Under the pieces are notes generated by a model that worked only from the letters and a program-made list of their open reading frames with translations, had not been told where the DNA came from and did no database searches. The position numbers and the translations under genes were made by a program. 64,000 bases of DNA from Candidatus Latescibacterota bacterium (GTDB lineage: Bacteria; Latescibacterota; UBA2968; SICM01): assembly GCA_965217865.1 (NCBI GenBank), contig CBDCJO010000002.1, positions 2,880,001 through 2,944,000 of the forward strand, read 5' to 3'. Shown piece by piece: positions 58,030-64,000 of the stretch. The first letter of the stretch is position 1; every line of letters starts with the position of its first letter.

Positions 58030-61000
58030 CGGACAGCCCACTTCGCAAGGCTTCGATGAAGGATTTAGGTTCAAACTGGCGAGCCTCGCTTTGCAGGCAC
58101 TTGGAGATTTTACGGTCATCTCATCGGTACAGCGATTCGATCCGGTGACGGGCATTCTGGAGATCCAGGGGATGGGCTTGTTCCTGGAGCCGGGCGCCAC
58201 ATTGGTGGGCGAAACGGGTCTGCCCGTGGCTATGGAGGAGATCACCCTCGGGGTCGGCCTGCGCGTGGAGGCAGAGCTGCGCGGATTCGGACCGCCCACG
58301 ATCGTCAGCGGGGGCGAGATCGACCCGGAGGATCTATTCGGAGGGGAAATTGCTGAGGCCGGGGCCGAGGATGTGCCTTTGGCCATCAATTCCGTGGTTT
58401 TCGAGCCTAATAACGAGGCGTTGACCGATGCAGTCGGTGTCCCGACGGATGCCGTCGTGAAGGTTGAGTTCAATCGACGGATCTCGTCGAGGCAATTCCT
58501 GCCGGTGGAGACACTGGCGCTTACGGGAAAATCCAGGAAAGTTTATGTGGTCGTAAGTGGTTTTAGTTCCACGGACGCAGGAACTTTCGCGGTCCAGGTC
58601 AATATCAACCCAAGGGTTGAGGACGGAAACCTGATCATTCCGTTGAGCCTGGAGGACAACACGGTTTACTCGATCTACATGGATCACCCCGATCTGGAAG
58701 AGCCGCTCACAGCGAGGTTCACGACAGGGGCCTCCTTGCCGGTGAGGTCGATTACGGGTAGCGTACGCAAACCCGGGATAAGGGATCTTTCCCTGCCTCC
58801 GAATCTTTCGGATAACCTCCTGACAGACCTGGATCTCGTGCCGAATCGACAAAACGCTCTGGTGTTCCTTCTGGACAGGGCTTTCCTGGATGAGAATCCG
58901 AATCTCAGCCCGGAGAATGTTCTCGCCAATGCCGGCGCACTCGTCAGGTGGTCCACGAGCGACTGGTCGTTCGAGATCACTGCCGTACCGGATGGTGATT
59001 ACGCTATCCTGGCCTTTGTGGATCTGGCACTCCTACGGCAGGACGGCTCACCGCCTTCCGCGAATGTCCAGGGGCTCTTCCGGGGGATTGTCCGACCGGA
59101 GTTTGCCCGAACAGATGATCCGGATGCGTTGATCGGACTTGAACAGGATGGGATTGACCCTGTGGTGGAACTTCTGTATCCCACCGCCCAACCTCTGGAG
59201 GTCGTCGGGGATAGCTTCCAGGGAGAGGGTAATAACACGAATGTCCCGCTGGAGACGACGGTTTCGGTGACATTCTCCGACCAACCTGCGCATTCGGGGA
59301 ACAGGATCGACGTGGATCTGCAGATCCTGCCCGACCCGCTTTCGGGACAGCTGCATCCCGGCCTCCTGAGGCGCAACAGCAATACGGTTTCTGCGAAGGT
59401 CAGGCTGAGACGGAACACCACCTATCAACTGATCGTGTTCGGTGCGAGGGGCCAGAACGTTCCGCCTTTGCGGGAACCTTATAAGAGCGACTTTTCAACA
59501 GGCGGTACCCTAGGCAGCGGTGTCGTATCGGGAAGGCTTATTGCTCCTCAGGATTTCGACTTCGATGCCCGGGTATCCCGAGGTTTCGTGGGATTGGTGC
59601 CGGCAAATGTCGATCTGAAGAGATTAAGCCCCGCTGACCTGCCGAGGTTCAGCACGGCTTCCGACCTGCCGCTCGGCAGCCAGTTCCAGGTCGAGAACAT
59701 CCTTCCGGGGCGCTACATCCTTGTCGCTGTGGTTGACCTGACAGAGGTCAAGGATCTCGGCGAAACGCTGACGAAACCAACGGCTTTGACCCAGGTCCTG
59801 GAGCCCGTCCCAGATCCGGAAGGCCCGCGACTCGTGATGGGTTTCTTCGACGGCAACGAGAACGGTGAGCTGGATCCGGATGACGCGATCGAGATCGCGG
59901 ATGGGGATCCCCCTCTTGAAGATTTAGAGATCCATATGGGATTCGAGTCGATCATCAAGGAGGCGCCCAGGGAACTGACAGTGACGACCACGAACCCGGG
60001 GGACTCTGAGACGAATGTTGAGGTCGAGACGTCGTTCTCGGTGACCTTCAGCGAACCGCTGGCTGCCGGAAAGCGGTTCGTGTCCGTGGATATGGCCTTT
60101 GATCCGGAGCCCGAGAAATTCGATAAGAAAAAGATAAAGGTCCGCGACAATGGGCACACAGCCTTCTTCCCCGTCGTACTTGCTGAAAACCAGACTTATA
60201 TCTGGACGATCCGAGATGCCGTCGGAGCCTCGGGGGCCAAGCTGCTCAATCCTGTCGACGTCATCCTCTCTACAGGGGACACACAGGAAGAGCCCGCAAG
60301 CGTCGGAGGGACCGTCGTGCTCGACGACGGCAGCACGCCGTTGGGCACAGTAAATCTTGTCGACGCGGAAGCCAGTGGAGGCGCAACGAAGGCGGCGGAG
60401 GTAGGATCGAAGGCGGACATCGATCCTTCAGGAGAATATCTTGTAGACAACATACCCGCCAATTCTTCGTTCATTCTCTTTGTCGAGGTGGATCTGGGGG
60501 ATGTCGGGGTTCAGCAGGTGTTCTTCGACACGGATGGGGATGGCCCGGATATCATCACGCTTGAAGAGGGAGAGGAGCTCACTGGGATCGATTTCACGAT
60601 CGAGGTGCCCGATCCACCGGAGCCCTCCGAACCGGGCGTTGAAGGCCCCAACCTGGGGGTCACCCTGTCTCCGGATGCGAATCCGGCGGAAGGAGACCAG
60701 GGACTCGTCACAGTGGCGGGACTCGGCACCAACGCACGCGTTGACATTGCGGTTTATATGAAGGACCTGGAGGATGTCTGGAGCTACACCATAACGGCAG
60801 AGTTCGACTCCGCGGCCGTGGCCTTCGACGGTGCGGACGCTCAGACTGAGGGTGAGGGCACAAATCTGCTGAATACGTCCGATGCGTTTGCTCTGTTTCT
60901 CCCCCCTCTTATCATCGAGGGAGTCTCCGCGGAATTCGGTGGAAGCCTCCTGGGTGGTCCCAATGCGGCCGAGGCCCCTGACGGCGACGGCCTGGGAGCT

Positions 61001-62423
61001 GTGTACCACTTCGTCACCAACCGGGGCTTTGTAGAGGAGACCACGATTACGTTCACTCAGATTGTGGTCAATGGGGTTGTGTCGGACGGCGTAACCGTAA
61101 CGGACACGAACAGTGTGCAAGCTGAGGTCACGCTGGTCCCGCTCACCGCTTCATTCGAACAGGCGGACTTCACAGCCATCGTGGAAGTGGAGGGACCGAT
61201 AGGTGCGGAAATTATCGACGAGAACGGGGTGTCCATCGGACGGGTCCTGGAGGAGGTGGTCTCAGAGGACACGCTGTATGTCAACGTTGTCGCGAACGAG
61301 GGGGCCGAGGGGGTTACCGGGTTCTCAGCCCGGTTTGAATTTAATCCCGCTCAGATCTCCTACGTGGAGAACAGCTTTGTCGAAGGATCGATGATGGTGG
61401 GTCTTACGCCTCTGACTCAGGCCGGATCCGGCTTTGTGGAAGTGGGCGGCGCGGCGATCGAGGCGCTGGGCGGAGAACCTTCAACCAGCGACAGCGGTGT
61501 TCTGGGCTCAGTTCAGTTCGCGATTGAGGAAGGCTTCTCAGGCGGAGCCTTCATCGCGATGACGAGCGCATCTTATCTGTCCGGGGAGACCCAGGAGGAG
61601 TTCGACCTTTACACGCTTATCCTCCTGGGAGAGGGCGGAAGAGACGATCGGGTTCGGCGATTTCTTCGCGTTTGCAGGTGCGTTCGGGACGAAGCCCGTG
61701 GCCACAAAACCGGTTGGGTTGGGTGCTACCGAAGCCAACGAGGGGACCAGCCTGGCGCTCAGACTTCTTCCGTCGGACGATCCCGATTTGCTGAACATCG
61801 GCCTGTTTTTCGAGAACGCGGTGTCACTGAAAGGTTACGGTGCCTATCTTGTCTACGATACGACCGAGCTGGCGTTCATCGAGTCGAAGCCAGCGGGAAC
61901 CTTCGAACCGGGTGAAGGGGAGCGGGCTGTTCTTCAAGTGTCGGGTGAAGGCGCGATGAGCCTGGGGGATGTCCTGCCATTGGGTTCCCTCGCCGGGGAA
62001 GGCTTGCTGTCCCTGATGAAATTCCGGGTGCTCCCAGGCGGGTCAATCGGGAGTTTACGGTTCGCGGAGAGTCTGATTCTCGACGAGAGCGGTCTGTCAC
62101 ATCCGGTGATGGGTGTAGGGTTAGAACAGGCGCGATTGGTGCCGGAGTCCTATGGCCTTGGACAGAACTTCCCGAACCCGTTCAATCCTGTGACGCAGAT
62201 AAACTATCAGGTTCCCCAGGATGGTCGGGTGCGTCTGGTTGTTTATAACTTGCTCGGCCAGGAGGTTCGAAGATTGGTGGACGGTCGGGTCGAGGCGGGA
62301 TTTTATCAGATGGTCTGGGACGGCCGGGATGCCCTGGGGCGGTCGGTCTCGAGCGGGGTGTATTTCTACCGGATGGTGGCGGGGGAGTTCTCGCAGGTCC
62401 GGAAGATGGTATTTTTGAAGTGA
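58030..62423 (+). pseudogene. large secreted protein: Big_5-like Ig repeats, cohesin-like domains, EF-hand dockerin-like motif and FlgD-Ig/T9SS-type C-terminus; frameshifted near 61640 and likely 5'-truncated
   Basis: P...NV..T..SVTFS.P repeats; GFSARFEFNP / GYGAYLVYD cohesin-like strands; TIGFGDFFAFAGAFG in the frame of ORF 61698; QNFPNPFNP..WDGRD..G..VSSGVYFYR..KM.LK. Confidence 0.75.
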
Positions 62424-62448
62424 CGGAATTTTAGGGGATAACGGGGTG

Positions 62449-62490
62449 AAAGCAGGCGTGGTCTGGTGAATGGCCATGCCTGCTTTTTTT
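62449..62490 (+). terminator. intrinsic terminator
   Basis: AAAGCAGGCGTGG..CCATGCCTGCTTT followed by a T-run. Confidence 0.8.
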
Positions 62491-62648
62491 GTGGGGAATT
62501 AAAACGAAAAGTGAAAAATAAACATTGCATGTTGAAGGACGGATTATCTTGCTGATTTTGAAGTGACCCATTAAATTGTTACCACATTCCTAATAAGATT
62601 TTATAAAACTTAATGGTCAACGAGATTTGCTTCCGGGGGAGCAATATT

Positions 62649-64000
62649 ATGAGTCGGAAATACTGTCTGATTCCGATGCTTGTCGCGGCCCTTGGCCTGG
62701 CGACTCTTAGCTCATCATCGATCGCCCAGGAGAAACCGTCGGTTATCTCAGGCTTTGTTGGTAACACGAGTCAGCTCAATTTTAACGCGAATGAGCAAAG
62801 CCTTAGCGGTACTTTTACGGTCATTGATCCGTCGGGTGCGACAAGATCGGTTGTGGTTCAGGATGGTACGTTGTTCCTCCGGCTATCCCTTGATACTTTT
62901 CTGTTCGAGCCCGTTCCCCTCAACGAGGTGATCTCAGAATTGGGACAGGTTGGAGCCGAAGTCGACGTTCTCTTTAACCCGAATAGTCCCAGGGATGCGG
63001 CGGGGAATTTCGTTGCGACGGAGGTGGACATCTTTCCACCGGCACCCGATCCAGGGGAGGGCCCACCTCCGGTTGAATTCGTGCATGGTGATGTTTTGCA
63101 GGATCAAGTTGCGTTCAGCAACGGCGTTCTTACCGGGAGCTTTACCGTACAGGTCAGGGACGACTCAGGGGAGGTTCTTCAAGATCCGTCGGGAAATCCT
63201 GTGGTCGAAGCAATTGTGGTCGGCTCGGATACGAAGTTTCTGCTCCTGATTCCGGGCTCACCTGAGCCTTCCCCGGTGGGAGGTCAAGAGGTGCCATCGG
63301 TCCTGGAGCCCCAGGTGAGTGTCGATGTGTCTGGTCAGAGAGATCCGAATACCCAGGTGCTAGTGGCGGATGAGGTGTTTATCCTTCCGGGTCTTGCGGA
63401 TGGTCCAGGTGGTGGGCCTATTTTTGCGGGTGATTTGCTGGTGATGGGCATTGTCGTGGGTCTTGGGCAGGGGACTTTCACGGTTCGGGATATTGAGGGG
63501 AAAGACACGGTTGTGAATGTCGGACCATCGGTTGTGTATCAGCGGGTTGATTTCGATCCTAACGATCCAGAGGCCCCGCCTACATTGTCGTCTGCGAGTA
63601 TTCAGGATGTGGTTCAGAATGTCGGGGTTGATGTTTTTGAGCAGGGTGGGAATGTCACAGGCGTATTGATCCTTCCGGGTCCAGCCGATAGCCCAGGTGA
63701 CGGGCATAGTCGTGGATGTTGGACAGGGTAATTTCACGGTTCGGGATATCGATGGGAAAGATACGGTTGTGAATGTGGGACCATCGGTCGTGTATCAGCG
63801 GGTTGATTTCGATCCTAATGATCCAGAGGCCCCGCCGACGTTTTCGCAAGCGAGTATTCAGGATGTGGTTCAGAATGTCGGGGTTGAGGTGTTTGCCGAG
63901 GGGGGAGATGTCACGGAGGTGTGGATTTCTCCGGGTCCTGGGGGCGGGGACGGTCCCCAAGATCCTTCGGGAACCCGATGGGAAAGACACGGTTGTGAAT
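62649..64000 (+). CDS. secreted DUF5666-like repeat protein, frameshifted at about 63700, runs off the window
   Basis: Signal peptide (..SSSIAQE), repeated G.F.V..T..V.V.G..A.EV units, near-identical DNA repeats at 63477 and 63733. Confidence 0.65.

Noticed and set aside
57866-58030. N-terminus of the 1349-aa ORF
   Set aside because: AT-rich, no signal peptide or RBS. It looks like glnA upstream DNA that happens to be open in frame.
1-64000. CRISPR array, rRNA, prophage or recognisable anti-phage defence operon
   Set aside because: I saw no regularly spaced 25-45-bp repeats, no rRNA-like segments and no phage or cas motifs. The TCACCTCCTTA at 4327 matches the 16S 3' tail only as an isolated SD complement.

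Overview
Bacterial chromosomal window, mostly GC-rich. A PorV-like barrel, a T9SS/FlgD-Ig C-terminal sorting domain, cohesin/EF-hand dockerin-like modules, a short RpoD lacking region 1.1 and flagellar genes suggest an FCB-superphylum organism, possibly Latescibacterota-like (inference). The first 2.7 kb is accessory. It holds an integrase-less attC cassette array with two nucleotidyltransferase-fold genes. The last attC is cut by the right end of an IS110/IS1111-type element, whose ~500-nt 3' non-coding region has a two-loop bridge/seekRNA-like architecture. The rest includes two flagellins (one with a sigma28-type promoter, one with a sigma54-type promoter), acnA, a ccm cluster, flgM, lolA and frameshifted prfB. 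It also includes an FkbH/ACP/MaoC-SDR cluster, uvrC, thiL, an orphan BMC shell gene, degP, rpoD, an intact IS1595-family element, a GNAT/NSAR-OSBS/M20 trio, a galU-GHMP kinase-larA-suhB operon, argH, glnA and large secreted repeat proteins. Many genes are abruptly truncated, fused or internally deleted (about 10 junctions). The window looks like a mosaic (misassembly, MDA chimeras or real deletions), so gene neighbourhoods should be treated with caution. All calls come from reading motifs by eye; no database searches were run.
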